Below, one piece after another: positions 34,210 through 43,145 of a DNA stretch of 64,000 nucleotides. The stretch is from Acidimicrobiia bacterium. Its GTDB lineage: Bacteria > Actinomycetota > Acidimicrobiia > Spongiisociales > ZC4RG35. Where the stretch lies: the NCBI GenBank assembly GCA_965215185.1, contig OZ244034.1, positions 1,792,001 through 1,856,000 on the forward strand, given 5' to 3'. Below the pieces are notes generated by a model. That model did no database searches. It was given only the letters and a program-made list of their open reading frames with translations, and was not told where the DNA came from. How positions within the stretch are numbered: position 1 is the stretch's first letter; every line of letters begins with the position of its first letter. The translations under genes were made by a program, and so were the position numbers.

Positions 34210-34223
34210 GTGTTCGGTAACTT
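34210..34223 (+). repeat. Half-site copy 5 (one mismatch)
   Basis: GTGTTCGGTAACTT immediately after the terminator. Confidence 0.6.
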
Positions 34224-34476
34224 TCGGTTCAGAAACGCCGGTAATAGTCAGCACCGCCCCGGTCGTCCGATGGGAACGGGTCGTCCCAGCCTGAGGCTTC
34301 TCCCCGGACGGCAGCAGCCCGTCCGTCCTCCGCATCACCGACAGAAGCGCCGCCGTCAGACCCAAACGCCTCGTCCCCGAGGGGGTGTGCGGGTCCGGCC
34401 TGAGGCTACCCACCACGGTGGGGCAACTTCCCCAGGCCATCTAAAGCCCCCATTTCCCCACTCGTCCGAGGGAAAA

Positions 34477-34508
34477 TTTTGCGCGATAAATGCCGTTAAC
34501 GCGCAAAA
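34477..34508. other. lox/dif-like palindromic site (13-6-13)
   Basis: TTTTGCGCGATAA-ATGCCG-TTAACGCGCAAAA; arms 12/13 complementary. Confidence 0.6.
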
Positions 34509-34659
34509 CCGCATACGCATGATCCGCTAGGTTGGTGCGTATGGATTCCAGCCTCGCCCGACCCGATTCCGGCACCTCCCTCCAACGACCGAAGCCCTAG
34601 GCCCGGCCGCCGGTCTCGGGCAGCCGCCCGGCAGAGAGCCTATAGGAACCGCTTAGCCG

Positions 34660-34815
34660 TCGTGCACCCTCCCGATGGGCGGCCGACACTGCAGCGCGGC
34701 CCATCCGCCTGATAGGCACGGCGGGTCTCCATCGAGCGGGAACTGGCCAGGTTGTACCGACCCCGGGTTCCGGGAGCTGAAGTTGCATGACTCCGAGCCG
34801 TTTACCCGACGCCTG
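34660..34815 (-). pseudogene. Internally deleted 5' fragment of the 30160 recombinase
   Basis: NLASSRSMETRRAY vs NLAGSRAVETRRAY; RAAVSAAHREGA identical; upstream CGTCGGGTA shared. Confidence 0.75.
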
Positions 34816-35027
34816 GGACACCGGGGCACCGCAATTCCAAAGAAAAGGGGGGTTATATCGGATGGTGCCCAACCCTAGAGAAGGGGGTTAGCGGCCCATG
34901 AGCGTGGCGGCTAGTTCCTCGGGGGTCGCCTCGACGGCGATGGGTTCGTTGAGTTCGTCTTCGGTGGGTTGGTGGTGGGGGTCGTCCCAGCCGTCCCACC
35001 GGTCCGGTTTGCGGCGCTTCGGTGCGG

Positions 35028-35213
35028 TCATCTAATCGCCATGAGCGAGATGTAGAGGCGCCCGCCGCCCGTGTCGTCAATCAAGATGCGCGCTTCGGGA
35101 TGATTCCGAACGAACTCTCTAACCTTCTCCTCCACGCTCGCCCAGGCAGCGTCGAAGTCATCGAACTCGTCCTGCAGTTCGATCCGAGTCTGTGTCACCA
35201 CCTGCATGCTCAT
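35028..35213 (-). CDS. Small hypothetical protein
   Basis: 61 aa, GGAGG RBS, ATGA coupling to upstream ORF. Confidence 0.5.
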   Translation of the reverse strand: MSMQVVTQTRIELQDEFDDFDAAWASVEEKVREFVRNHPEARILIDDTGGGRLYISLMAIR

Positions 35214-35431
35214 TGTGCCTCCTGCATTTGAACCATGTCCATTAGCACGTCATGGAACGCACCGATCCACTTGCGAAGTTCATCGACTTGTGCTTCGACT
35301 TCTTCCAGCCGTGCACTGGTCGCGTCGCCCGTTGTCGCCATGTCACGCTTGTCGCCGATTGCCTTCATGGTGGGGCCGTCGGGAGCGGTAGCCATGGTCG
35401 GGTTTGCCTTTCGGTGCTGTGAGGTTGTCAA
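35210..35431 (-). CDS. Small hypothetical coiled-coil protein
   Basis: RLEEVEAQVDELRKW. Confidence 0.45.
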   Translation of the reverse strand: MTTSQHRKANPTMATAPDGPTMKAIGDKRDMATTGDATSARLEEVEAQVDELRKWIGAFHDVLMDMVQMQEAQ

Positions 35432-35534
35432 CCACGGTAGAGCCTAGGCGGCGGGTCTGCCACCACGGTGGCAAGCGGGGTTTAGAAGCCGTAGTCGGTG
35501 ACGCGGATGATGTTGCAGTCGAGGCCCATGTCGG

Positions 35535-35626
35535 CCCATGAGGATCGTGCCCGTGCGAGTCGAGAACCGCGACCGGCAGCCCCGACACCGGAACCGCTGC
35601 GACGGATGCCGCGCCCCGTCCTGCAC
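35535..35626 (-). pseudogene. IS1595-family transposase zinc-ribbon fragment
   Basis: HPSQRFRCRGCRSRFSTRTGTIL resembles the IS1595 CxxC..FS..TGT motif; no DDE domain. Confidence 0.6.
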
Positions 35627-36061
35627 GTTAACGAGCCTTTTCAGGAGTGGCGTTAGTAGCGGGCCACCGCTCCCCGATCGGCCGCCTGGGAACGAGTGTT
35701 ACGGATGATCATCGCCGGGGCCCGCCATCGTCCGGCCACACAAAATTCGGGCAGGCCGGTGCCCGAAGCGGCCAGATCCTGGGCCATGCCTACTAGTAGG
35801 GAGTGGCCGGAAGCCTCCAATCCCACCGCCTCTGCTCGGAGGGTGATCACCCGTCCTACCGAATCCCGAACATAATAGGGAGTTAGTCCCAAGGCACCGT
35901 CTGGGATTAGGGACTCTTTTGATCTTGTCCCCGAGGTCGGTCGGCGTCAAACGTCAACTCGAGTTTTGTGATGAGCATTCATCGCTCAGTCACTCTTTGC
36001 AGCCACATTGCCCACCGACACCGTGGCCTCTTCATCAGGGGTGTTTTCCCGTCGTCCCCAC
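35626..36061 (-). repeat. ~440-bp module (about 200 bp conserved DNA + recombinase 3' fragment), inverted copy of 43759-44214
   Basis: Shared GGGGACGAC..., CTCGAGTTGAC, GGGGACAAGATCAAAAGAGTC, GHSL..GMAQ.LAASG...SQAADRGAVARY, CCTGAAAAGGCTCGTTAACG. Confidence 0.85.
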
Positions 36062-36093
36062 CAAGACAATCCCTACCCGCCGCCCTGTTTCGT

Positions 36094-36867
36094 TCAAGCA
36101 CCCGGCAGTGGGTGTATGTCAGCCGCGTTGAAGGTGTAGTTGAAACGTCGGCACCAGATGGCCACTGTTTGGTAGTCCTCCAGGTTCACGTCGGCGGGTA
36201 CCTCGTAGTTCTGGTTGCCTTTGTTGCCCTTCAGGTCACCCAAAGAGAGGTACTCCACCGCCGAATACGCGTTTTGGTCGTTCACCAGGGACGAGGCGGA
36301 GAGGATTACCAGAAGATCAGGTCCGTTAGACACAGCCAAGTCCTCAAACCGAATGACATGCGAGCCGTCAGGTTGACGGTACACCAGCACCGTGCCCGTG
36401 CCGGGATGTCCCAGGCTGATCCACTCCGAGGAGGACAGCAACACCGGCCCCTCGGGCACCGCTTCGGTGGTGGTTGTGATCTCAGGCGCCACGGTCGTGG
36501 TAGGAACTGCCGTAGTAGTAGTGGGGATGTCCTCAGCAGCAGCCATGGTGGTGGTTGGTGATTCATCTTGGTCGTCTTGAACCTCGGGCTCTATGGCCAT
36601 GGTGGTAGTGGTCACAGAATCGGTAGGAGCAGCGGTTGTCGGAGGCAAAGTGATGGCGGGTACCTCGGTAACCACCGTTGCGGCGGTGGTGGTTGTTGTG
36701 GCAACCGCCACCGGCGCTGGGAAGTCTTCGTTCACTTCCTCATCGATAAACAGTTTGTGAGGTTCGAAGTAGGCGATGGCGAAGATCCCCGTCGCTACCA
36801 CCAACAGGGCCAGCGTGATCTTTGCCCGAGTGCTGAGTCCCAACAGAAAACGAAAGAAACGCATCAA
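36094..36867 (-). CDS. DM13 domain protein with Thr-rich linker
   Basis: NGPDL, LGDLKGNKGNQNY, VAIWCRRF. Confidence 0.85.
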   Translation of the reverse strand: MMRFFRFLLGLSTRAKITLALLVVATGIFAIAYFEPHKLFIDEEVNEDFPAPVAVATTTTTAATVVTEVPAITLPPTTAAPTDSVTTTTMAIEPEVQDDQDESPTTTMAAAEDIPTTTTAVPTTTVAPEITTTTEAVPEGPVLLSSSEWISLGHPGTGTVLVYRQPDGSHVIRFEDLAVSNGPDLLVILSASSLVNDQNAYSAVEYLSLGDLKGNKGNQNYEVPADVNLEDYQTVAIWCRRFNYTFNAADIHPLPGA

Positions 36868-36886
36868 AGGTCAACCTCGCTTCAGT

Positions 36887-38395
36887 TCAACGGGACAGGT
36901 CGGGGTCATCTTGGATCATCCGGGTGCGGATGGTGAAAACCGAATCTCCCGAGAGGACTGCTCCCCGCCCGAAGAGCCGGCCCTGCTCCCAGTTGGAGAG
37001 TCCCAGTTCGGGACGGCCCAGGGCGAACTGGCCGTCCACCCAGCGGGTGAAGCCGTTGCCTACGAAGGGAGAGTCCACGGTTCCGTAGAAACGCTCCTGA
37101 GCAGCGGGATCGTCATCAATCAGGCTGGCCACCAGCTTGGGACTGTGGGTGTTGAAAAGCTCCACCGCCTGTTCCACGCTGTCCACCACCGTCAAGGTCA
37201 CCTCGGGGCTCTCCTCCCACTCCCATTCGATGCCCAGGCGATCGTGAGGAAGAGTGTCAGTTATCGGCTCGGTCACCTCACCTTCGGCTCTCGTGACCGC
37301 ACCCGAGCGGAACCAGTGATCCGGAAGCAATTCTTCGTCCCCTTCTGTGACCCACAGCTTGGGATTGACCCCTCGCCGCTTCGCGGCGCTCGTCAAAGCG
37401 TCGAGGAACACCGGCGCCAACTCTTCCGACCGCGAACGCACAATGGCGCACACGTTAAGGGTGTTGCAAACTTTGCGGTCCAACGAGTTGCGAACCGCCG
37501 CCGCGAACCGCGACGGATCGGCGTTGGTACCCGCCACCATCCAAGAGCCACCGGTGCCGTGCAGGCTCACCGCGATGCCACTTTGGCGAGCCACCGCACC
37601 CAGTTGGCCAACCGCTTTGCCTGACCCGCGGGCTACAGCCAGAGAGAGCTTGGGTTGAGAAAAAAGCGCCCATCCCGCCGCATGTGACGGACTGTCCACC
37701 AAGCTGACCGCCCCCTCGGGAAGGCCCGCTTCTGCCAAGGCCGGATCCAAGGCATGTTCAACGATCGCCCGGGCGGTGCCCAACGCTGCGGAGCCGATCC
37801 GAAACACCACTGTGTTGCCGGAACGAAGCACTCCGGTGGCGTCGGCGAACACGTTGGGACGGCCCTCGAACACGAACCCCACAACTCCCAGACCCGATCG
37901 CACCAACTGCGCTTCCCAGCCGGGATGGGGAACTCTTTCAATGATCTCCCCCCGGCCCGACGTAGCGTCTCGCCAGGTAAGAAGCCCATCCAACATGTTG
38001 GAACGCATCTTCTCCGACAAGACCAGCCGGGTAGTGGTCCTCCCTTGAGCCTGAGCCTTCTCCAAATCGGCGCGGTTGGCCTCGGCGATGGGAGCAAATG
38101 CGGCGTCGTCTGCCAATAGCCGGGCAAATGCCTCGTAAAAAGCAGTTATTTGCTGATCGGTGACCTCCCCCATCACAGAAAACGCCCGATGAGCCCGACT
38201 AACCGCCCGAGCCGCGATACCCCAATCGGAAGAAGGAATGCGCAGAATATCCCCCGTGGACTGCACCACCACCAACCGGTCCCCAGGCGCAAAAACCGAA
38301 GCCAACTCCTCACTGACCACCGTCACCCGGTCTCCCCCAAAGGGAATGGCCATTCCGGGCATCAAACTCGTCAACTGATCTTTCATCTGGCTCAA
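36887..38395 (-). CDS. proA: Gamma-glutamyl phosphate reductase (ProA)-like aldehyde dehydrogenase
   Basis: LGVVGFVFEGRPNV, RSGN, ARGS, VCNTLN, TRWVDG, ELGLS. Confidence 0.7.
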   Translation of the reverse strand: MSQMKDQLTSLMPGMAIPFGGDRVTVVSEELASVFAPGDRLVVVQSTGDILRIPSSDWGIAARAVSRAHRAFSVMGEVTDQQITAFYEAFARLLADDAAFAPIAEANRADLEKAQAQGRTTTRLVLSEKMRSNMLDGLLTWRDATSGRGEIIERVPHPGWEAQLVRSGLGVVGFVFEGRPNVFADATGVLRSGNTVVFRIGSAALGTARAIVEHALDPALAEAGLPEGAVSLVDSPSHAAGWALFSQPKLSLAVARGSGKAVGQLGAVARQSGIAVSLHGTGGSWMVAGTNADPSRFAAAVRNSLDRKVCNTLNVCAIVRSRSEELAPVFLDALTSAAKRRGVNPKLWVTEGDEELLPDHWFRSGAVTRAEGEVTEPITDTLPHDRLGIEWEWEESPEVTLTVVDSVEQAVELFNTHSPKLVASLIDDDPAAQERFYGTVDSPFVGNGFTRWVDGQFALGRPELGLSNWEQGRLFGRGAVLSGDSVFTIRTRMIQDDPDLSR

Positions 38396-38434
38396 AAGGA
38401 TACCGGAGCGAAAAGAAAACCCGGGACGCTGTTT

Positions 38435-38903
38435 CTAAAGAGACCGCAACAAGATCCACCGCACTTTCAATGGCCCGAACACCATCCAAAGCGTTCGCCT
38501 GGTGCTTCGGTACATCTCGTCGACTTCAGTGCGGAGGCCGGGCCAGTCCTGATCGATGTTCGTGTCCAATCGGTCCAACTTCCCTTCTGACCCGGCTCTT
38601 GATGTCTCCTCCCCTGCTACCTCTTGGTCAGCATCGAATACCTCCACTGTCAGCCACTCTCCTTCTAGAAGAACCTCAACAGAATCCCCACCGCCCCCAT
38701 CGCGCCCGCCGCAATCCAGATCATCCGTATCACCCCTACTGCACACCCTTCATCTGCACTTGCAAGTCGGCTTTGACCTGGTCGATCTTGCCGTCCAGCC
38801 GGTCGATCTTTCTCTCTAGGTCGTATTTGGCCGACATCAAGTCGCCTCGGGTAGCGGACGCCGACCAATCACTCTCTGCGATTGGGACACTTGCAGACTT
38901 CAT
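38435..38903 (-). pseudogene. Tandem small coiled-coil + TM genes (DUF1640-like), frameshifted/degenerate
   Basis: IAESDWSASATRGDLM...KIDRLDGKIDQVKADL, then IRMIWIAAGAMGAVGILLRFF* in another frame; second decayed copy GKLDRLDTNIDQ...LWMVFG. Confidence 0.55.
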
Positions 38904-39022
38904 TTCCCCTCTTTCACCATCGTCTTATCCCCTAGGATATTTCACCCTAACACTTGGCCCTCGCCGTCTTCAGAGGTCAAGCAGAATCCGCCTCTAACGG
39001 GTGGGTATACTTTTCAACGGGT

Positions 39023-39424
39023 ATGGAACTGGTCGACTATTTACCGGTGGCGGTGATGCTGGTGCTGGCCACCGTGTTCGTGGGAGTGTCTATGGTTGTC
39101 TCACGGCTGATGTCGCCCCATCGCCCCACTCCCGAAAAACTTGCTCCCTACGAGTGCGGAATCATCGCCGAGGGAGAGCCCAGCACCCGCTTTCCCATCA
39201 AGTTTTACCTGGTGGCCATGCTGTTTGTGGTTTTCGATGTGGAGATCATCTTCCTCTTTGCCTGGGCCTCTCGCTTCAACAGCCTGGGATGGTTCGGGAT
39301 CGGAGCAATGGCCATTTTCACCTTCTTTGTGATAGAGACACTGATTTATGTTTGGAAGCGCGGCGCCCTGGACTGGAACACCCCCGGACGCAGGCGCTAC
39401 CTTCCCACCGGGGGGATGAACTAG
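39023..39424 (+). CDS. nuoA: NADH-quinone oxidoreductase subunit A
   Basis: [27 protein letters not shown]. Confidence 0.95.
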   Translation: MELVDYLPVAVMLVLATVFVGVSMVVSRLMSPHRPTPEKLAPYECGIIAEGEPSTRFPIKFYLVAMLFVVFDVEIIFLFAWASRFNSLGWFGIGAMAIFTFFVIETLIYVWKRGALDWNTPGRRRYLPTGGMN

Positions 39425-39426
39425 CC

Positions 39427-39900
39427 ATGGCCCGCAGGTCGTCTCCGGGAAATATCGTCACCACCACCATCGACTGGGCGGCCCGTTGGGCGCAGACCCA
39501 GTCGATGTGGCCGGCCACTTTCGGGCTGGCCTGTTGCGCCATCGAGATGATGGCCACCGGAACCGCCCATCACGACCTGGCTCGTTTCGGGATGGAAGTG
39601 TTCCGCGCTTCGCCCCGCCAGGCCGACCTGATGATCGTGGCGGGAAGGGTGAGCCAGAAGATGGCGCCGGTGCTCCGCCAGGTGTACGACCAGATGCCCG
39701 AACCCAAGTGGGTGATCTCGATGGGCGCCTGCGCATCCACGGGGGGAATGTTCAACAATTACGCGCTGGTGCAGGGAGTCGATCAGGTGGTGCCGGTTGA
39801 CATGTACGTCCCGGGATGCCCCCCGGGTCCCCAAAGCCTCATGCACGGGATTCTCACCCTGCAACGGCAGATCATGGCTGGCTCAAAGGCCCTGGCTTAA
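39427..39900 (+). CDS. nuoB: NADH-quinone oxidoreductase subunit B
   Basis: [30 protein letters not shown]. Confidence 0.96.
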   Translation: MARRSSPGNIVTTTIDWAARWAQTQSMWPATFGLACCAIEMMATGTAHHDLARFGMEVFRASPRQADLMIVAGRVSQKMAPVLRQVYDQMPEPKWVISMGACASTGGMFNNYALVQGVDQVVPVDMYVPGCPPGPQSLMHGILTLQRQIMAGSKALA

Positions 39901-40379
39901 TGTCTGAGAACTCGGTTCTCGACCCGGTGATGGCGCGGTTCTCCGAAGCCCGCTGGGAGATATCAGAGAGCCAGTGGCTGGTGGATGTGGACCGGCCCCA
40001 ACTCGCCGACTTGGCCGCGGCCTGCAAGGAAGCCGGGTTCGAGGTGTGCGTTGACATCACCGCGGTGGACTGGTACCGACTGCGTCGCACCCGTTTCCAA
40101 GTGGTGGTGAACCTGCTATCTCATCAACACCGGCGGAGGTTGCGGATCACCACCGGTGTGCCCCGCAATGACCCGACGGTCCCCTCGCTGTGTTCGGTGT
40201 ACCCCGGGGCGGGCTTTCCCGAACGGGAGGTCTACGACCTGTTCGGGATCATCTTCGAAGGCCATCCCGACCTGACCCGGATTATGATGCCCGACGACTG
40301 GGAGGGCCATCCCCTCCGCAAGGACTACTCGGTGGGCTCGGTCCCGGTTCGTTTCAAGGCCTCTCACCAGGTGATCTGA
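39900..40379 (+). CDS. nuoC: NADH-quinone oxidoreductase subunit C
   Basis: EREVYDLFGIIFEGHPDLTRI, GHPLRKDY. Confidence 0.95.
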   Translation: MSENSVLDPVMARFSEARWEISESQWLVDVDRPQLADLAAACKEAGFEVCVDITAVDWYRLRRTRFQVVVNLLSHQHRRRLRITTGVPRNDPTVPSLCSVYPGAGFPEREVYDLFGIIFEGHPDLTRIMMPDDWEGHPLRKDYSVGSVPVRFKASHQVI

Positions 40380-40380
40380 G

Positions 40381-41724
40381 ATGGTCGACCAGGACACGAC
40401 CTATGTGGAGACCTGGGTGTCGGGCACCGAACAGCCCGACGCGGCGGCCACCGGCGAGGGCGCCCAGGAGATGGCCGTCAACGAAAGCGAATACCGGTTC
40501 CGCGAACAACTGGGAGCGGTGGTAACCAACGACTACCTGTACGAAGAACACGTCGCCGAAGACGAGCGGATGATCATCAACATGGGGCCCCAGCATCCCT
40601 CCACCCACGGGGTGTTGCGTCTGCAACTGGAGTTGGAGGGGGAGATGATCAAGCGGTGCCGTCCGGTGATCGGATACCTGCACACCGGCATGGAGAAGAC
40701 TGCGGAGACTCTCACCTTCATGCAGGGTCCCACCAACGTGACCCGCATGGACTACCTGGCACCCCTTCACAATGAACTGGTCTTTTCGCTGGCGACAGAA
40801 CAACTTCTGGAGGTGGAGGTCCCGCCCCGGGCGGCTGCCATCCGGGTGCTGATGACCGAACTCAACCGGGTGTCTTCGCACCTGGTGGCGCTGGCCACCA
40901 ACGGGATGGATATCGGGGCGATCTCCATGATGATGTACGGGTTCCGGGAGCGGGAGTCGATCCTGGCTTTCTTCGAGAAGACCACCGGGCTTCGGATGAA
41001 CCACAACTACATCCGCCCCGGCGGGGTCGCCGCCGATCTGGCGCCGGGATGGCGCAAGGATGTGGCCGCGATCCTCAAAGACATTCCCAAGCGACTGGTC
41101 CAGTACGACGATCTTCTGCGACACAACCCCATCTGGTTGGCTCGCACCAAGGGTGTGGGGGTGATCAACGCCGAAGAATGTCGGGCCTACGGAATCACCG
41201 GACCCATCCTGAGAGCCACCGGAGTGGATTGGGATCTGCGCAAGGTGTTTCCCTATTCGGGCATCGAGCAATACGACTTCGATGTGCCGGTAAGGACTGC
41301 GGGAGATGTCTACGACCGCTACCGGGTAAGGGTGGAAGAGATCACCCAGTCGCTTCGCATCGTGGAGCAGGTTGCCGAGATGATGCCGCTGGGCGATTAC
41401 CGGGTCAACGACCGGAAGGTGACGCCTCCGCCTCGGGCGCGGATCGACGAGTCCATGGAGGCGCTCATCCACCACTTCAAGATCTTCACCGAGGGCTTCC
41501 GGGCGCCGGCGGGCGAAACCTATGCCGCAGTGGAGTCGCCCCGCGGAGAGCTGGGATGTTATCTGGTCTCCGACGGGGGCGGAAAGCCCTGGCGGTGTCA
41601 CATCCGGGCGCCGTCCTTCTATAACCTGCAGGCGTTGCCGGTGATGCTGGCCGACTCGATGGTGGCCGACACCATCGCCACCATCGCCTCGCTGGATCCG
41701 GTGATGGGAGACGTGGACCGCTAG
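40381..41724 (+). CDS. nuoD: NADH-quinone oxidoreductase subunit D
   Basis: NMGPQHPSTHGVLR, GYLHTGMEK, ESPRGELG, DPVMGDVDR. Confidence 0.96.
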   Translation: MVDQDTTYVETWVSGTEQPDAAATGEGAQEMAVNESEYRFREQLGAVVTNDYLYEEHVAEDERMIINMGPQHPSTHGVLRLQLELEGEMIKRCRPVIGYLHTGMEKTAETLTFMQGPTNVTRMDYLAPLHNELVFSLATEQLLEVEVPPRAAAIRVLMTELNRVSSHLVALATNGMDIGAISMMMYGFRERESILAFFEKTTGLRMNHNYIRPGGVAADLAPGWRKDVAAILKDIPKRLVQYDDLLRHNPIWLARTKGVGVINAEECRAYGITGPILRATGVDWDLRKVFPYSGIEQYDFDVPVRTAGDVYDRYRVRVEEITQSLRIVEQVAEMMPLGDYRVNDRKVTPPPRARIDESMEALIHHFKIFTEGFRAPAGETYAAVESPRGELGCYLVSDGGGKPWRCHIRAPSFYNLQALPVMLADSMVADTIATIASLDPVMGDVDR

Positions 41725-41726
41725 GC

Positions 41727-42566
41727 ATGGAACGGCGGCGGATCTGGCTGGAGGGGTCGGCCGTTTCGGTTTCCGTGGAGGGCTCTGAGTTGCTTGCCGA
41801 TGACGGGCGTCGGGTACCCGAGTCGGAAGCCGTCTACCTTCCGCCGGTGACACCGCAGAAGATCGTCTGCATTCACCTCAACTACCGAAGCCGGGTGGCT
41901 GAATACCAGTTGCCGACACCCTCAACGCCCACCTACTTCCACAAGCCGGTCAGTTCACTCAACAGCCACCGGGGAAAGGTCATCCGTCCCAAAGGATGTC
42001 GCTTCCTCAACTACGAGGGAGAGATCGCCATCGTGATGGGACACAAGTGCCGGGGCGCGAGCCGGGAGCAGGCTTTCGATTACATCGGCGGCTACACCAT
42101 CGCCAACGACTTCGGCATCCACGACTTCCGGGATACCGACGCGGGGTCAATGCTGCGGGTCAAAGGTTCGGACAGCCTATGCCCCGTGGGCCCGGGGGTG
42201 GTAACCGACTGGGATCCGGTCGGCAAGTCGATTCGTACATACGTGAACAACGAGTTGCGCCAGGAGGGCAACACCGCAGAGATGATCTGGGACTTCTCCT
42301 ACCTGGTCGCTGACTTGGCCCGGACCATCACGCTAATGCCCGGCGACCTGATCCTTTCGGGCACACCCGCCTACTCCCGACCGGTAGAGCCCGGCGATGT
42401 GGTAACAGTGGAGGTGGAAGGCCTGGGAGCCCTCATCAACACCGTGGCTGAAGGCGGAGGAATCGACCCGACTGTGGGCGCCCAGCCCACCCGCTCTGAA
42501 GAAGTGGTTTCCACCGCCTTGGGAGGCGATTGGGAATTCCGGGGTATTCGTCGCCCTCGTCGCTGA
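41727..42566 (+). CDS. Fumarylacetoacetate hydrolase family protein
   Basis: KIVCIHLNY, NYEGE, IAND, PGDLILSGTP. Confidence 0.92.
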   Translation: MERRRIWLEGSAVSVSVEGSELLADDGRRVPESEAVYLPPVTPQKIVCIHLNYRSRVAEYQLPTPSTPTYFHKPVSSLNSHRGKVIRPKGCRFLNYEGEIAIVMGHKCRGASREQAFDYIGGYTIANDFGIHDFRDTDAGSMLRVKGSDSLCPVGPGVVTDWDPVGKSIRTYVNNELRQEGNTAEMIWDFSYLVADLARTITLMPGDLILSGTPAYSRPVEPGDVVTVEVEGLGALINTVAEGGGIDPTVGAQPTRSEEVVSTALGGDWEFRGIRRPRR

Positions 42567-42704
42567 AGGTTTGCTGAGTTGTTCCATGTATCGCTAAGAA
42601 TATTCAAGGTGTGTTATCGTTGACGACAGGGTGAAGTTACGGCTATGCTAGACCTTGCAGGGTCCTCAAGAGGACAAGGCGATAAGACCCGAAGGAGGGA
42701 TGTG

Positions 42705-42946
42705 ATGTCAGTGGGGACGGTGATTGCCGAGAACGATTGGGCGGGGAGACCGGCTACCAAGCAGACTTGATGCTGGTTCAAGGTGATCTGAAAGGGATGA
42801 TCAAGGATGTGGAGGGGATCGCCAAGGACCTTCGGGTTGAACTCAGCAGTGAGATCGCCAAGCTGCACGTCTCCATGGCGTGGATGACCTTAGGCGTAGC
42901 CACTGGCTTGGCGAGTTTGATGACCCTATTCCAATTCCTTTCATAA
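42705..42946 (+). pseudogene. Small coiled-coil + TM protein (DUF1640-like), frameshift near 42760
   Basis: MSVGTVIAENDWAGRPATK, then ADLMLVQGDLKG...WMTLGVATGLASLMTLF in another frame; homologous to the 38903 copy. Confidence 0.6.
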
Positions 42947-43145
42947 ACAAAGTGCGAAGCCAGACACCCCCTGGCTGATCTGGAATCGACCCCTGCGGAC
43001 AGGCAGCAGGCACAAACGTCGGCAACACGAAAACGGTGTCCAAACATTTGGGTAGAGTGCATGGAGAGCCTTGGTAGCAAATAGTCGACACGATCTTTCT
43101 TGTTCCTTCGAGCAGCCTTGGACAAGTCTGGCATGTGGAGGTTTG

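Noticed and set aside
36460-36720. GTG/GTT-rich repeat-like DNA
   Set aside because: Encodes the Thr-rich linker of the DM13 protein.
40354-41853. Long antisense ORFs (also 3139-4524, 45712-47070, 60428-61564)
   Set aside because: Shadow frames of well-supported genes in high-GC DNA.
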